Positions 28,787 through 39,888 of a stretch of DNA of 64,000 nucleotides are shown here, one piece after another. The DNA lies in the NCBI GenBank assembly GCA_963663545.1, contig OY760505.1, forward strand, positions 1,216,001 through 1,280,000, given 5' to 3'. The first letter of the stretch is position 1. Each line of letters begins with the position of its first letter. The translations under genes were made by a program, and so were the position numbers. The notes under the pieces were generated by a model that worked only from the letters and a program-made list of their open reading frames with translations, was not told the DNA's origin and ran no database searches. This DNA is from Candidatus Delongbacteria bacterium. Lineage in GTDB: Bacteria > CAIWAD01.

Positions 28787-29587
28787 TCAATTCTCCAGCA
28801 GATTCAATTGTGTTCCTATTTCGATCCAACCGCTAGGCTCGAACTGTCCGGCCACTCGCAAGCAGTCGTCGGGCAATCCGGCCTCGCGCACAACGCCGGC
28901 ATTAGCTGCCAGCGCCTGCGCCGGTGTGTTGTTCTCACGACTCAAGTGCGCCAGCGTCACCTGGCGACAACGTCCTTTCAGCACGCGGCCCAGTAGATCG
29001 GCGCACTGTTCGTTACTCAAGTGCCCGTGATTGCTGCGTACCCGCTGTTTGAGCACCCAGGGATAAGGGCCGTCAAGCAACATGCGCAGATCGTGGTTGC
29101 TCTCGAGCATTAGCGCGTCCACCTCACGCAAGGCGGCTTCGATACGCGTGTCGGGCTCGCCCAAGTCGGTGACGATGGCCAGCGAAGCGCTCGCAGTTTG
29201 TATCACGAACTGCAACGGCTCTTGCACATCGTGTGACACAGCAATGGGGCGCACACGAAATCCGGCAACGTCCTCGGTACGGCCAGCAAGCAAATGGTGA
29301 ATGCACTCGCCGCCACGCCAGATACGCTCACTCCCCCGATGCGTGCCACGACTCATGTAAACGGGAACGCCCAGCCCGCGGGCGGCAACGCCAGCTCCCC
29401 CGACGTGATCCGAATGCTCGTGTGTCACAAGGATGGCGCGGATCGTGCTCAGATCCACGTCGACTGTTGCCGCACGACGGCGAAGCTCCTTTAACGAAAG
29501 CCCATTGTCGATCAGCAGCGAGTGTTCTCCCTGTGATACAATCGTGGCATTGCCGCCACTGCCGCTGGCTAAAACGCAATAGCGCAC
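28787..29587 (-). CDS. MBL-fold metallo-hydrolase (YycJ/WalJ-like)
   Basis: 'LASGSGGNA', THEHSDH, 'ESNHD', 'YPWVLKQRV', 'GHLSN', 'HLSRENN'; GTG overlaps the pyrE stop. Confidence 0.88.
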   Translation of the reverse strand: MRYCVLASGSGGNATIVSQGEHSLLIDNGLSLKELRRRAATVDVDLSTIRAILVTHEHSDHVGGAGVAARGLGVPVYMSRGTHRGSERIWRGGECIHHLLAGRTEDVAGFRVRPIAVSHDVQEPLQFVIQTASASLAIVTDLGEPDTRIEAALREVDALMLESNHDLRMLLDGPYPWVLKQRVRSNHGHLSNEQCADLLGRVLKGRCRQVTLAHLSRENNTPAQALAANAGVVREAGLPDDCLRVAGQFEPSGWIEIGTQLNLLEN

Positions 29588-30156
29588 TACTTCAGGCCCC
29601 GGCTTCCAGGCTTGTCGACAGGACGCCCTTCTGCGCACAGCGGGCACTCGTCCGGCTGCCAGGTGACAACTTCCTGGCGATGACAGGCGAAAAGCGGAAG
29701 ATCGCCAAACCCGACTCTACCGTTGGAGCGATCCACAATAACGCCCACGCCCACAGGAATGGCGCCTGCGGCACGCACCAGATCGATGACCTCCTGCACG
29801 CTGCCTCCAGTGGTCACCACATCTTCGACCACCAGCACGCGCTCGCCCTTGCGCAGCGAGAATCCTCGGCGCAGGGTCATCACGCCATCCTTGCGCTCGG
29901 CAAAGCAATTGGGCCGCCCCAGCAGACGTCCTGTCTCGACACCCACCACAATGCCGCCCACCGCCGGAGCAATGACGCGATCGAGGCCTGTATCACGGAA
30001 ATGATCGGCAATTTGTCCGCAGAGCACGGCGGCGTATTCCGGGTGCTGCAACACAAGCGCGCACTGGAAGTACTGGTTGCTGTGCAGTCCGCTGGTCAAC
30101 TGAAAATGACCGTCGAGCAGGGCACCACTGCGAGTAAACAGATCGAGGTTGTTCAT
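29587..30156 (-). CDS. pyrE: Orotate phosphoribosyltransferase
   Basis: '[14 protein letters not shown]', '[11 protein letters not shown]', 'KPGSR'. Confidence 0.95.
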   Translation of the reverse strand: MNNLDLFTRSGALLDGHFQLTSGLHSNQYFQCALVLQHPEYAAVLCGQIADHFRDTGLDRVIAPAVGGIVVGVETGRLLGRPNCFAERKDGVMTLRRGFSLRKGERVLVVEDVVTTGGSVQEVIDLVRAAGAIPVGVGVIVDRSNGRVGFGDLPLFACHRQEVVTWQPDECPLCAEGRPVDKPGSRGLK

Positions 30157-30212
30157 CACTCCTCCACGATTCCGGCAAAAGGCGCTCGCCGAAAGGGTTC
30201 CCAACATGAAGT

Positions 30213-30869
30213 CTAGACCCGCAGACCGCTCAGCCAGCGGAGATTCAAATTCTCTATCGCCTCCATCTCGCTATGAGACAGATCGCTGAAAGCGTAGATC
30301 TGCACCGTTTTCTCGGTGCTCATATCGACGCGGATCCAGCGCAACGGACGAGAACGTAAGTCCAACCCGTCCATGCGCATATTTAGGTAGGCGTCTTTGT
30401 GTGGCAGGATATCGTGACGCTGCGGCAGCTCCAGCATGGCTTTCAAACCACCGGCGCTCACGTTCAGCGCGACACCCGGCACCCAACAAGTGTAGTTGAT
30501 ACGATTGTCGCCGCGGCTGAGGGCTTTGTTCAGAATCGGCACGCGCAGAGCCAGTGGAGTCATACGCGCTGCACGTAGATGCTGACGCCGCTGGCGCAGA
30601 GTGATATCCTCGGGAGCCGTGATCAGCAGACGCGTCTGTGCTCCGGTTCCCTCCAGACCGATGAAATGCGCGTCGAAATAACAGACGGCGGCATTCAAAT
30701 GATAGCGACAGGTCAGCGGTGTGCCGCGCTGCATGTGCAGCAGCTCCTGCGGTAGCATACTGCCCGCATCCAGCTTGAGCGTTGCACCGCCCACAACCGT
30801 CAACTGAGTGCGCCAGGTGCGCCTGCCGTGCTGAACCAGCAGGATCAGCCCGGAGGTCAAGCGGGGCAT
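30213..30869 (-). CDS. YcgR-like PilZ-domain (c-di-GMP-binding) protein
   Basis: RxxxR ('QRRQHLR') and [D/N]xSxxG ('NVSAGG') after an N-terminal YcgR_N-like segment; TGATG overlap with pyrF. Confidence 0.7.
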   Translation of the reverse strand: MPRLTSGLILLVQHGRRTWRTQLTVVGGATLKLDAGSMLPQELLHMQRGTPLTCRYHLNAAVCYFDAHFIGLEGTGAQTRLLITAPEDITLRQRRQHLRAARMTPLALRVPILNKALSRGDNRINYTCWVPGVALNVSAGGLKAMLELPQRHDILPHKDAYLNMRMDGLDLRSRPLRWIRVDMSTEKTVQIYAFSDLSHSEMEAIENLNLRWLSGLRV

Positions 30870-31714
30870 CAACGATCCCACCAGGCCTCCACGTTTACTT
30901 TCTCGTTGTAGGCTTGTGCGCGTTCCCGCGCAGCCTTGGGTTCACTGATAGAGTCGGTCCCGAAGAGGATACCGCGTGATACATTGATCAGTGCCGCGCT
31001 TTTTCGCAGGGGAAGGATGGCCGCCAGCGTGGCTTCCAGATCTCCACCCTGAGCGCCGATTCCGGGAATCAGCAAGGGAATGCCGGGAAACTCGCGCCGG
31101 ATTTCCTCAAGCTGGCCGGGGCGAGTAGCGCCGACCACCGCGCCCAGGCGTCCGTCGGCCCAATCGTGATTCCAGTCGTTGATGCGCTCGAGCACGTGCA
31201 TGTACAGCGGCTTGCCCTCGCTCAGCAGGAACTGGAAATCATCAGCACCCGGATTGCTGGTCAGCGCCAGCACAAAAGCTCCCATCCCGGCTCCCAGTCC
31301 CGTGTCCGGTGCGCTACAGGCTTCCAGGAAAGGACGCACACTGTCATGGCCCATGTAAGGCGCCAGCGTAATGGTATGACAGCCCAGGTGTTCAAAGGCC
31401 AGACGTGCGTATCGCGCTGATGTGTTACCGATGTCGCCGCGCTTGGCGTCGCCGATGACCAGCGCTCGCGTACCGATGTGAGCAATAGTACGCTCCAGGG
31501 TTCGCAGTCCGTCCACACCCAGCGCTTCGTAGAAGGCGAAGTTCGGCTTGTAGGCCGCCACCTGGTCTACGGTGGCATCAATCAGGTCGCGGTTGTAGGC
31601 CAGCACGGGGTCTTCTTCGCTCAGATAGCGCTCCGGCAGACGTGATGCGTCGACATCGAGGCCGAGACACAACAGGCTGCGGCGCTTCTTGCAATGGTCA
31701 ATCAGCATTCGCAT
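30869..31714 (-). CDS. pyrF: Orotidine-5'-phosphate decarboxylase (type 2)
   Basis: 'LCLGLD', 'KPNFAFYE', 'DAKRGDIGNT', 'TSNPG', 'VVGAT', 'PGIGAQGG'. Confidence 0.95.
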   Translation of the reverse strand: MRMLIDHCKKRRSLLCLGLDVDASRLPERYLSEEDPVLAYNRDLIDATVDQVAAYKPNFAFYEALGVDGLRTLERTIAHIGTRALVIGDAKRGDIGNTSARYARLAFEHLGCHTITLAPYMGHDSVRPFLEACSAPDTGLGAGMGAFVLALTSNPGADDFQFLLSEGKPLYMHVLERINDWNHDWADGRLGAVVGATRPGQLEEIRREFPGIPLLIPGIGAQGGDLEATLAAILPLRKSAALINVSRGILFGTDSISEPKAARERAQAYNEKVNVEAWWDR

Positions 31715-31840
31715 GGCCAAAAAGTAGCAAACACGGGCAAAGCGGAGCGGCCACAAGTAAAAGCGCCGGAGCAGGAAATCGCTGCAATCAGGAGGTTGAG
31801 CGCTGTAAGCACCAGGGTGAGACCGATAATGCTTCCCGTG

Positions 31841-33109
31841 CTACAATCCGGGAGGCAAACCGATACTGCTTCGTCCAAGCCACGCCGAGACGGTAAGAAA
31901 GCTCCCGGTCACCACCGTTGGTCCCGTAAAGGCTGAACCATCCAAGGCGTCTTCTGTGGGCAACTCCTCCGGAGTGAGTGCGACGCCTACAGGCAGGCGT
32001 TCCTCCAGAGCCAGTGTAGCGATGGCTTCTGCATCAAGTGCGCGACGATGTGTCACGGCCAGCGGATGTAGCACGCGGCAGTGCGGTTTGAGCCCTTGCA
32101 GCATGCCGCGCAGGTCTTTATCCGCCATGGCGCAAAACACAATTGTCCATACCTGGCCGGGAGCGAGCTTCTCCAGCTCGTGACACAGTAGTTGGATTGC
32201 AGCCGGATTGTGTGCTACATCCAGTAGCAGTGGAGGCGTCTCGCGTCGCAGATCCATTCGTCCCGGCCACGCCCCAGTATCAAGTACGAGCTCGGTTTGC
32301 GGGAGCTCGCCCAGAAGCGCCAACGACTGCATGGCTGCCCGTGTGCTTTGCCTCCAGCCTTCACCATGTGCATGCATGACAAGACGGCACCCATGTAGCT
32401 CGAAGCTTCGTCCCTTCGCCAGCAACTCTTCCTTGACTGTATCACAATCGCGAGTGCAGCTCAGGAACCTGGCCCCGCAACCCTCACACACTGCGGCAAC
32501 GGCGTTACGAGTTTCCGCTGCATTGTCAAACAGCAGGAGGGGCCGACCGGATCGGGCGATTCCTGCCTTGTCGCTGGCAATCGTCGTCAGTGTATCACCG
32601 AGAATCTGCGTGTGATCCAGGTCGACGCTCGTGATGACAGCCAGATCGTGATCATCCAGCACATTGGTGGCATCGTAACGTCCCCCCAGGCCGCATTCCA
32701 GAATCCACCACTTGACTCCTGCATTGCGGAAGGCCACAAAGGCCAAGGCCGTCAGCAGCTCGAAGTACGAGGGTTCCAGCTCAGGCAGCAAGGGTTCCAG
32801 TTCACGCCAGGCGGCCAGCATGGAGGATTCACTCAGCGGTTGTCCGTTCACGCGGATGCGCTCCGTCGGACTCAGGATGTGCGGTGATACATACTGACCT
32901 GTGCTGGCACCACCTGCCCGAAGCAGCTGCTCCATGATGTAACACAGGCTACCTTTGCCATTGGTTCCTGCTACGTGGATCACACGCGGCGTTTCGCGGT
33001 CGATCCGGAGTCGGTGCACCAGTTCGCGCATGCGCTCAAGGCCGGGCTTTATACCAAAACGCACTCGCGAATCGATGTCGGCCCAGATTTCTGCAATGCT
33101 CTGTATCAC
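31841..33109 (-). CDS. folC: Folylpolyglutamate synthase/dihydrofolate synthase
   Basis: 'IHVAGTNGKGS', 'SPH', 'ECGLGGRYDATN', 'DHTQILG', 'WPGR', 'LDVAHNP'. Confidence 0.93.
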   Translation of the reverse strand: MIQSIAEIWADIDSRVRFGIKPGLERMRELVHRLRIDRETPRVIHVAGTNGKGSLCYIMEQLLRAGGASTGQYVSPHILSPTERIRVNGQPLSESSMLAAWRELEPLLPELEPSYFELLTALAFVAFRNAGVKWWILECGLGGRYDATNVLDDHDLAVITSVDLDHTQILGDTLTTIASDKAGIARSGRPLLLFDNAAETRNAVAAVCEGCGARFLSCTRDCDTVKEELLAKGRSFELHGCRLVMHAHGEGWRQSTRAAMQSLALLGELPQTELVLDTGAWPGRMDLRRETPPLLLDVAHNPAAIQLLCHELEKLAPGQVWTIVFCAMADKDLRGMLQGLKPHCRVLHPLAVTHRRALDAEAIATLALEERLPVGVALTPEELPTEDALDGSAFTGPTVVTGSFLTVSAWLGRSSIGLPPGL

Positions 33110-33145
33110 AAAGGCTCCCCGGAGTGGCAGATACTGCCGCGCCGT

Positions 33146-34684
33146 TTAGTGTCCTGCGTGCATGTCGCGAAAACGCACGATGGATTCCGCAAGCTCGCGC
33201 GCCAATTGCGCCTGTCCTTGCGCGCTGAAGAGCAGATCCTCATCTGTTCGATTGGAGATGAAACCGGCCTCCACCAGTACGGCAGGCATTGATGCGCCCA
33301 CAAGAACATGAAAGCCAGCCTGTAACACACGGCGTTTGCGCGTGTGGCCGACGCCGTGCAGATCTTCTGCCATCAGCGCGGCCAGAGTCTCGCTTTCACG
33401 AGCATAAGCCGATTGCGCCATCGTTGCCAGAATCCAGTTCTCCGGCGAAGGCGTGGCGCTATTCTCTTCCAGCGCCAGAACCGCATTCTCCTTGAGAGCG
33501 ACTTCGCGCGCATGCTGGTTGCGTCCGGTTTTAAGGAAGTAGACCTCCCAACCGCGTGCGCGCCGGTCCTTGGCAGCATTGGCATGCAGACTTACAAAGA
33601 GCTTACCCCCCTGCCTATTGGCCAGCGCGGTCCGTTCACTCAGGCTAAGGAAGCTATCCTCGTCACGAGTCAGCAAGACATCGACATTCGGTAGTCGCCG
33701 CTTCAACTCGCGGCGAAGTTCACGCGCCAGTGCCAGAGTGAAGTCCTTCTCATAGCGGCCACGAGCCGATATTGCACCCGGATCTTTGCCACCATGGCCC
33801 GGGTCAAGCACAATCAGATCCAACTCTATGGCCTTGAGAGGAGCCTGAATGCGGGGCGCGTCCTGCTCCACAAGCTCATCAGAATAGCTGGTACTGCCGG
33901 GTTGACGCAAGACAAGCTGCACTTCGCCCAGGCTTTCCAGTTCCACCAGCTCAAAGAACTCGCCGCCGCGCTCCCAGATAAACTCAATGCGATCACCAGC
34001 ATCCTCTTGTGATACACGGATTCGCTTCAGCAAACCGCCCTCGCAAATCGCATCCAGGTCTCTGCTATTCCACGCGCTCACTCCGCTTCCGTCTGGCAAC
34101 ATCAATATGAGCTTTGTATCACCCGGCTCTGATTCAAAGACCGGGATCTCGCCGAATTGCATGCGCAGCACTTCGCCGCCCCGCAGTGTCTCTCGGCGCA
34201 GGCTCGTCTGCAGACCGGAAACATCCAGTGATTCGCTTGTGTGATCCACGCGACCAACAAGCAGGTTGTGAACCAGCAGCGTGTCGAGAAGACGAAGATC
34301 CAGCAAGGCCTGCCCGGGCAGTGGACAAGGACCATCCAGCACCAAGGTCCGCCCATCCAACTGAAGAAATCGTGCTCCAGCCTGAAGCTCCAGCTGGTGA
34401 CCATTGGCCAGCACGCGCAGCCAGTCGCCCTCGCGCAAGGTCAGTGGCCGCGTGATACGCAACAGGTCCTCGAGATCAAACAGGCGTCGCTCGCCGTGAT
34501 GCCAGGTAGGCAGGATATCAGCACCCTGCGGGCCATGCACGATGTATTCGTGATCTTCGCTCAAGGTAGCACCGCCGACAGACTGGCCGGAAAGCTGTGA
34601 CACAACCGCCACCAACGGCAGCAACACCAGCAGTGCTTTCAGTAGAAGAGAGGCGCTAATGCGCAGAGAATCAGGCTTGAACAC
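33146..34684 (-). CDS. N-acetylmuramoyl-L-alanine amidase (Amidase_3)
   Basis: 'LDPGHGGKDPGA', 'EK', 'FVSLHAN', 'MPAVLVEAGFISN'; signal peptide. Confidence 0.92.
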   Translation of the reverse strand: MFKPDSLRISASLLLKALLVLLPLVAVVSQLSGQSVGGATLSEDHEYIVHGPQGADILPTWHHGERRLFDLEDLLRITRPLTLREGDWLRVLANGHQLELQAGARFLQLDGRTLVLDGPCPLPGQALLDLRLLDTLLVHNLLVGRVDHTSESLDVSGLQTSLRRETLRGGEVLRMQFGEIPVFESEPGDTKLILMLPDGSGVSAWNSRDLDAICEGGLLKRIRVSQEDAGDRIEFIWERGGEFFELVELESLGEVQLVLRQPGSTSYSDELVEQDAPRIQAPLKAIELDLIVLDPGHGGKDPGAISARGRYEKDFTLALARELRRELKRRLPNVDVLLTRDEDSFLSLSERTALANRQGGKLFVSLHANAAKDRRARGWEVYFLKTGRNQHAREVALKENAVLALEENSATPSPENWILATMAQSAYARESETLAALMAEDLHGVGHTRKRRVLQAGFHVLVGASMPAVLVEAGFISNRTDEDLLFSAQGQAQLARELAESIVRFRDMHAGH

Positions 34685-34693
34685 CGCCGTGCC

Positions 34694-35347
34694 CTAGCGA
34701 TCAGCAGAGGCGGCTTTCTCCCGATAACTCAGGTCCACGCGCGCCGGCTTGATGTGATCCAGAGAACGAAGAGCGAGATGCGGCAGCACTTTGGCCATGT
34801 CCTTACCCTGGAACTCCGGCCCGCTGAGTGCCGTCGGCTTGGGATCCAGCAGATCGGGCAGCCGTAAGACAAAGTTCTCGCGCTTGTCGCTGGCGATTTC
34901 CATCAGCTGCGTATCCATGTAGATCGCGTCCTTCGGACAAGCATCTACGCAGAAGCCGCAGAAACAGCAGCGATCCAGGTCAATCACGAATTCGCGCGGA
35001 GATTTCTCTTCGGGGCTGTCGGAGTTCTCCATGGGAGTGATATGAATGCAGAAGTCGGGGCAGGCTGTCTCACACAACATGCAGGCCGTGCACTTGGGAC
35101 GCCCGTCTTCGTGCACTTTGATGCGGTGACGGCTGCGCAGTTTGCGCGGCAGCGGACGCATCACTTCGGGATACTGCAGCGTAAAGGAGCCAGGCTCGAC
35201 GCCTTTGACGCGCAATGCGGTCAGCGTGTGACGCCACATGTTGACAAAGAAATGGCGCGCCGTGATACTCAGACCGGTCAGTACCGCCGGCAAATATAGC
35301 GCGGTTTTCAGGTCGTGTTTCTGGTCAACGTTGACAAAGCGGGCCAT
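34694..35347 (-). CDS. nuoI: NADH-quinone oxidoreductase subunit I
   Basis: 'TLQYPE', CTACMLCETACP and CCFCGFCVDACP. Confidence 0.93.
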   Translation of the reverse strand: MARFVNVDQKHDLKTALYLPAVLTGLSITARHFFVNMWRHTLTALRVKGVEPGSFTLQYPEVMRPLPRKLRSRHRIKVHEDGRPKCTACMLCETACPDFCIHITPMENSDSPEEKSPREFVIDLDRCCFCGFCVDACPKDAIYMDTQLMEIASDKRENFVLRLPDLLDPKPTALSGPEFQGKDMAKVLPHLALRSLDHIKPARVDLSYREKAASADR

Positions 35348-35388
35348 GGATATCCTTTCTTCCGCGCGGCTCGTGCAGCGGAATCATC

Positions 35389-36471
35389 TCACCAGAGCAG
35401 GGTCAGCAAGGCGGTCAGCACAAGATTCACCAGCGCCAAAGGCAGCATGTACTGCCAGCCAAGGCGCAGGAGCTGATCGATGCGGAAACGCGGCAAGGTC
35501 CAGCGAACTAGCATCTGCACCCAGCAGAAGAACACGATTTTAGCGACAAAGCCACCGAAACGTAGCACCCAGACCAGCCAGTAAGGAAGGGCGAGCACCA
35601 GGTTGCCGCCGAAAGTCAACCCTGCGTCATGCAGCCAGGGCAGCTGCCAGCCGCCGAAAAACAGCGTGGCCAGTAGCGCCGACAGCACAACGATTTCAAC
35701 GAACTCACCAATGAGGAAGATGCCGAACTTCAGTCCGGAGTATTCCAGGTTGTAGCCCAGAATCTCGCTCTCACCTTCGGGCAGATCGAAGGGAATGCGC
35801 CGCGTCTCGGCGATCATCGCCCAGAAATACAGGACGAAGCCCAGCGGCTGCACCAGAATGCCCCAGCGTGGAATGACGCCGAACCAGTGGTGTCCCTGCC
35901 AGGCGACCATCTCGCTGGGCCGGACAGCGCCCATGCAGAGAATCACGCCCAGAATGGTCAGACCAATGATAACCTCGTAGCTCAGCATTTGTGCTACACC
36001 GCGCACGGCACCCAATTGCGCATAGGTGTTGTTGCTGGACCAGCCCGCCAGAATTGCTCCCCAGACGCCCAGAGAACCAAAGGCCATCAGATAGAGCACG
36101 CCAACGTTCAGGTCGGCGACCTGCATGGGAATGGTGTGGCCAAGAAGCTCCAACGGCGGTGCAAAGGGAATGACCGCGTAGGCCAACATGGCCGCAAAAA
36201 TGCCGACAAAGGGCGCAATGTGATGTAACACGCGGTTGCCGAAAGGCGGTACAAAGTCTTCCTTGAAGAAGGATTTGAGCGTGTCAGCGATGATGTTGAT
36301 CAGACCCCAGAGCCGAAATCCCAGGATGCTGGCGCGGTTGGCACCGATACGATCCTGCATGATGGCGCTCTGTTTGCGTTCGACCCAGGTCAGCAAGGCG
36401 GCGAAGGCGAAAATGATTCCAAAAAGAATCACCACAATTTTGACGAGGGCGGCGATGAACTCGAAGAGCAT
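35389..36471 (-). CDS. nuoH: NADH-quinone oxidoreductase subunit H
   Basis: 'WVERK...QDRIGANR', 'QMLSYE', 'AETRRIPFDLPEGESE', 'RWTLPRFRIDQL'. Confidence 0.95.
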   Translation of the reverse strand: MLFEFIAALVKIVVILFGIIFAFAALLTWVERKQSAIMQDRIGANRASILGFRLWGLINIIADTLKSFFKEDFVPPFGNRVLHHIAPFVGIFAAMLAYAVIPFAPPLELLGHTIPMQVADLNVGVLYLMAFGSLGVWGAILAGWSSNNTYAQLGAVRGVAQMLSYEVIIGLTILGVILCMGAVRPSEMVAWQGHHWFGVIPRWGILVQPLGFVLYFWAMIAETRRIPFDLPEGESEILGYNLEYSGLKFGIFLIGEFVEIVVLSALLATLFFGGWQLPWLHDAGLTFGGNLVLALPYWLVWVLRFGGFVAKIVFFCWVQMLVRWTLPRFRIDQLLRLGWQYMLPLALVNLVLTALLTLLW

Positions 36472-36481
36472 GGATCCTCCA

Positions 36482-38107
36482 CTAACGCGGTGCAGCTTCC
36501 TTCGACACGCGCTTGGCTGGCGCAGACGGTGCCGCGACGGTCTCCCACGCATCGGGACGCATATCGCGCAGCCGCTGCTGCGCACCCTCGAGGGTGTTGA
36601 ACCCCAGCTTTACTCCCAGCCGCTGCGCCAGCTCAAGCATCAACTGCACCTCAGCGCGGGCGTCCCCCAGGGGCGGAAAAGCAGCATTGATGCGCTGCAC
36701 ACGGCCATCGCAATTGGTAAAGGTGCCATCCTGCTCGGCAAAGACAGCCAGCGGAAAAAGCACATCGGGAGCGGCGCCCCACTTGTGCTCGTGAGTATCA
36801 AAAACGATCAGCGTACGCAGCTTGGATGCCAGCGCGGCGAAATCCGCCCCCAGCAGAGCGGGCAGATCCCAGCGGAAGCAAATGAGTGTGTGAACGCGTC
36901 CGGCGCTGATCTCGCGCAGAAGCTCGCCGCGCACCGTGTTACCGCGGTGCAGTTCGAGCCACTGACAGCCCTTGCGGTTGGGGTTGGGATCAGCCGTGCG
37001 TAATAGCTGATCTGCCTCGGCGGAGGTTTCGTGCTCACACTCGTAGCCGGAGAGCTGGATGCCCAAGCCGTCGAGGAAAAGCGCGCGCGCCGCCAGCAAA
37101 CCTTCGTTGGTCATCTGCGGGCTAAAGAGCACCGCGCTCTGCTCCGGGTGCCGACGAGCATCCTTGAGCAGATCTGCGGCACAGGACAGCGCCTGCTCCA
37201 CGCTCACCTGACGCAGACCTTCTTCGCCACCCAAGGCGGCAGCGGTCAGACGATTCTCGTCGATGGCAGCATAACCATAGCGACCTGTATCACAAATCCA
37301 CCACTGGTTGACCTGCGGATTGTGTCGCGGCTTGATGCGCATCACGCGCTCAGCATCATTGGCCGACTTGTACTCGTGCTTCAAATCAAAATGCAGCTCG
37401 ATATTGCATCCACGACTGCAACCGGGACAGATGCTGTCCACCTTGTTCAGGAACCACACGCGGCGCCGAAAGCGGAAATCACGATCGGTCAGCGCGCCCA
37501 CGGGGCACAGGTCTACAACATTTCCCGAATAGGCATTGTCCAGTGTGCGTCCATCGGCAAGATGGATCACGCTGTGCGCGCCGCGCTCGCCAATACCCAG
37601 TTCGCCGGTGCCGGTGACTTCCTCCAGAAAGCGCACACAGCGGCCACAGAGCACACAGCGCTCACTGTCCAGCATCACATGCGGCCCAATCTCCTGGCGC
37701 TTGGGCTTGTGCACCTGCTCTGTATCACGACGACTGCCTTCCAGTACGTTGCCCCAGTCCATGTAATAGTCCTGCAGCTTGCACTCGCCGGCGCAATCAC
37801 AATAAGGACAATCGATGGGGTGGTTGAGCAGCAGGAATTCCATCACGCCCAGACGCGTATCCTTTGCGTCGGCGGCCTGGGTGCGCACTTCCATGCCCTC
37901 GGCAACCGGCTCGACGCAGGACATCACCGTGCGGCTGCGTCCGTTCAGCTCAACCTCAACGGCACACATGCGGCAATTGCCGGCAACACTGAGCCCGGGG
38001 TGATAGCAGAAATGCGGCACGATTACACCCGCTTCCTTGCAGGCCTCAATCACGCGAGTCCCTGCAGGAACTTCAACCGGGCGGCCATCTACGATCAGTT
38101 TCGGCAT
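36482..38107 (-). CDS. nuoG: NADH-quinone oxidoreductase subunit G
   Basis: N1b 'FCYHPGLSVAGNCRMC', N5 'HPIDCPYCDCAGEC', N4 'CVLCGRC...LCPVG', N7-type 'CPGCSRGC...ICD'. Confidence 0.9.
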   Translation of the reverse strand: MPKLIVDGRPVEVPAGTRVIEACKEAGVIVPHFCYHPGLSVAGNCRMCAVEVELNGRSRTVMSCVEPVAEGMEVRTQAADAKDTRLGVMEFLLLNHPIDCPYCDCAGECKLQDYYMDWGNVLEGSRRDTEQVHKPKRQEIGPHVMLDSERCVLCGRCVRFLEEVTGTGELGIGERGAHSVIHLADGRTLDNAYSGNVVDLCPVGALTDRDFRFRRRVWFLNKVDSICPGCSRGCNIELHFDLKHEYKSANDAERVMRIKPRHNPQVNQWWICDTGRYGYAAIDENRLTAAALGGEEGLRQVSVEQALSCAADLLKDARRHPEQSAVLFSPQMTNEGLLAARALFLDGLGIQLSGYECEHETSAEADQLLRTADPNPNRKGCQWLELHRGNTVRGELLREISAGRVHTLICFRWDLPALLGADFAALASKLRTLIVFDTHEHKWGAAPDVLFPLAVFAEQDGTFTNCDGRVQRINAAFPPLGDARAEVQLMLELAQRLGVKLGFNTLEGAQQRLRDMRPDAWETVAAPSAPAKRVSKEAAPR

Positions 38108-38120
38108 TCTTCCATCCCGT

Positions 38121-39353
38121 CTAGCGGTCCAGCTCACCGCCAATCATGTTGATTGATCCGAAAATGGGCACCACATCCGCCACGGTGTGGCCAATGACCA
38201 TCTCACGCAGCGCCTGTGTGATACCAAAGCACGGCGGGCGACAGCGCACCTTCCACGGCCGCTCTTCGCCAGTGGATACCAGGTAGAAGCCCAGTTCGCC
38301 ATTCGCACCCTCGACAGCGTGATACACGCTGCCCGCAGGCGGCGCAATCATATGGCCGTGCATATGGTGCTTGAAGTGCGTCATCAGCGCTTCAATCCGC
38401 GTGTAGACGTCCTCCTTCTGCGGCAGGCTGTAGTGCAGATCCGGAGTGTTTACCGGACCGTCCTTCGGCATGCGCTCGAAGCACTGTTCGACAATGCGCA
38501 GGCTCTGCTCCATCTCGCGCATGCGCACGATATAACGGTCGTAGCAATCCCCGTGCGTACAGATGGGAATGTCAAAGTCCACCTTGTCGTACATCAAATA
38601 GGGATGCTGCACTCGCACGTCGTATTCGATTCCTGCCGCACGCGCGACCGGGCCGGTGAATCCGTAGCTGATGGATGTATCACGATCAATGACGCCCACA
38701 TCACGTGTACGATCAATGAAGATGCGGTTGTTCGTCATCAGATTTTCAACTTCGCCGTTGATCTGACGAATTTGTGTCACAATGGACAGGAGCTCTTCTT
38801 TCGCACCCTCGTAGAGATCGCTCGTAACGCCGCCAATGCGCGTATAACTGGTTGTAACACGCGCGCCGCAAATCTTCTCGAGCACTTCCCAAAGTAGGTC
38901 CCGCCCCTTGATCAGGTACAGGAAGGAAGTCATCGCGCCCGTTTCCATGTGTGCAGCAGCGACACAGGTCTGGTGATCGCAAACACGCATGATTTCGCTG
39001 ATAAGCATGCGCACCCACTGACCGCGCTCTGGTACTTCCAGATCCAGCAGTTTCTCAATGGCCATGTGGTAGCCCACGTTGTTGATTACCGGTGATACAT
39101 AGTTCAGCCGGTCAACGTAGACCACGCCCATGTTCCAGGGGTGATTCTCGCACATCTTCTCAAAACCGCGATGCAGGTAGCCGATTTCGACGTCGCAATC
39201 GACAATGTCTTCCCCCTCGATTTTGAGCAGCAGCCTCACAATGCCGTGTGTGGTGGGATGACTTGGCCCCAGGTTCAACAGCATTTCGCTATAGCCGCGC
39301 TCGCGCTCTTCCACCATCTTCATGCGCGTCTTCTGCGTGATACGCTCACTCAT
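38121..39353 (-). CDS. nuoD: NADH-quinone oxidoreductase subunit D
   Basis: 'NLGPSHPTTHG', 'GYLHRGFEK', 'DRLNY', 'GELDR'. Confidence 0.95.
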   Translation of the reverse strand: MSERITQKTRMKMVEERERGYSEMLLNLGPSHPTTHGIVRLLLKIEGEDIVDCDVEIGYLHRGFEKMCENHPWNMGVVYVDRLNYVSPVINNVGYHMAIEKLLDLEVPERGQWVRMLISEIMRVCDHQTCVAAAHMETGAMTSFLYLIKGRDLLWEVLEKICGARVTTSYTRIGGVTSDLYEGAKEELLSIVTQIRQINGEVENLMTNNRIFIDRTRDVGVIDRDTSISYGFTGPVARAAGIEYDVRVQHPYLMYDKVDFDIPICTHGDCYDRYIVRMREMEQSLRIVEQCFERMPKDGPVNTPDLHYSLPQKEDVYTRIEALMTHFKHHMHGHMIAPPAGSVYHAVEGANGELGFYLVSTGEERPWKVRCRPPCFGITQALREMVIGHTVADVVPIFGSINMIGGELDR

Positions 39354-39888
39354 GCTGCCCCTCCCCTGCGTCGCCCGGCTCCGCCATTGGATCAAACTTC
39401 GATCCGGGACCAATCAGCGGCTGACGATCCTTCTGTCGATAATCCTTACGCAGCGGATGCCCCTTGAACTCATCGTAGAGCAGCAGGCGTCGCAAGTCGG
39501 GATGTCCACTGAAACGGATTCCGTAGAGGTCCCAGACCTCGCGCTCGTACCAATCGGCGGCCTTGTAATACTCGCAGAGAGTGGGTGCTTCGGCGCGCGC
39601 CTCGGGCACCGGAACACAAACGCGCAAGCGACGATTGTGCTTCAACGAGTAGAAGTGATACACGAGCTCAAAGCGCGGCTCGCGGACTCCCAGATAGTCA
39701 ACGGCGGTCAAATCCATCAGATAGTTGAAATCCAGCCGCTCGTCGTTCTTGAGTAACACAACAAGCCGAAGCAGGGATTCTCGTGATACGTGGACCTCGT
39801 ACTCGCCGTGCTCTTTCACTTCGCCAAGGAACCCATCTCCCAAAGCCTCCTGCAGGAGGGTGAAGATCATCTCGCTTCCCTCGCTCAT
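39346..39888 (-). CDS. nuoC: NADH-quinone oxidoreductase subunit C
   Basis: 'DLTAVDY', '[23 protein letters not shown]', 'GHPLRKDY'. Confidence 0.95.
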   Translation of the reverse strand: MSEGSEMIFTLLQEALGDGFLGEVKEHGEYEVHVSRESLLRLVVLLKNDERLDFNYLMDLTAVDYLGVREPRFELVYHFYSLKHNRRLRVCVPVPEARAEAPTLCEYYKAADWYEREVWDLYGIRFSGHPDLRRLLLYDEFKGHPLRKDYRQKDRQPLIGPGSKFDPMAEPGDAGEGQHE

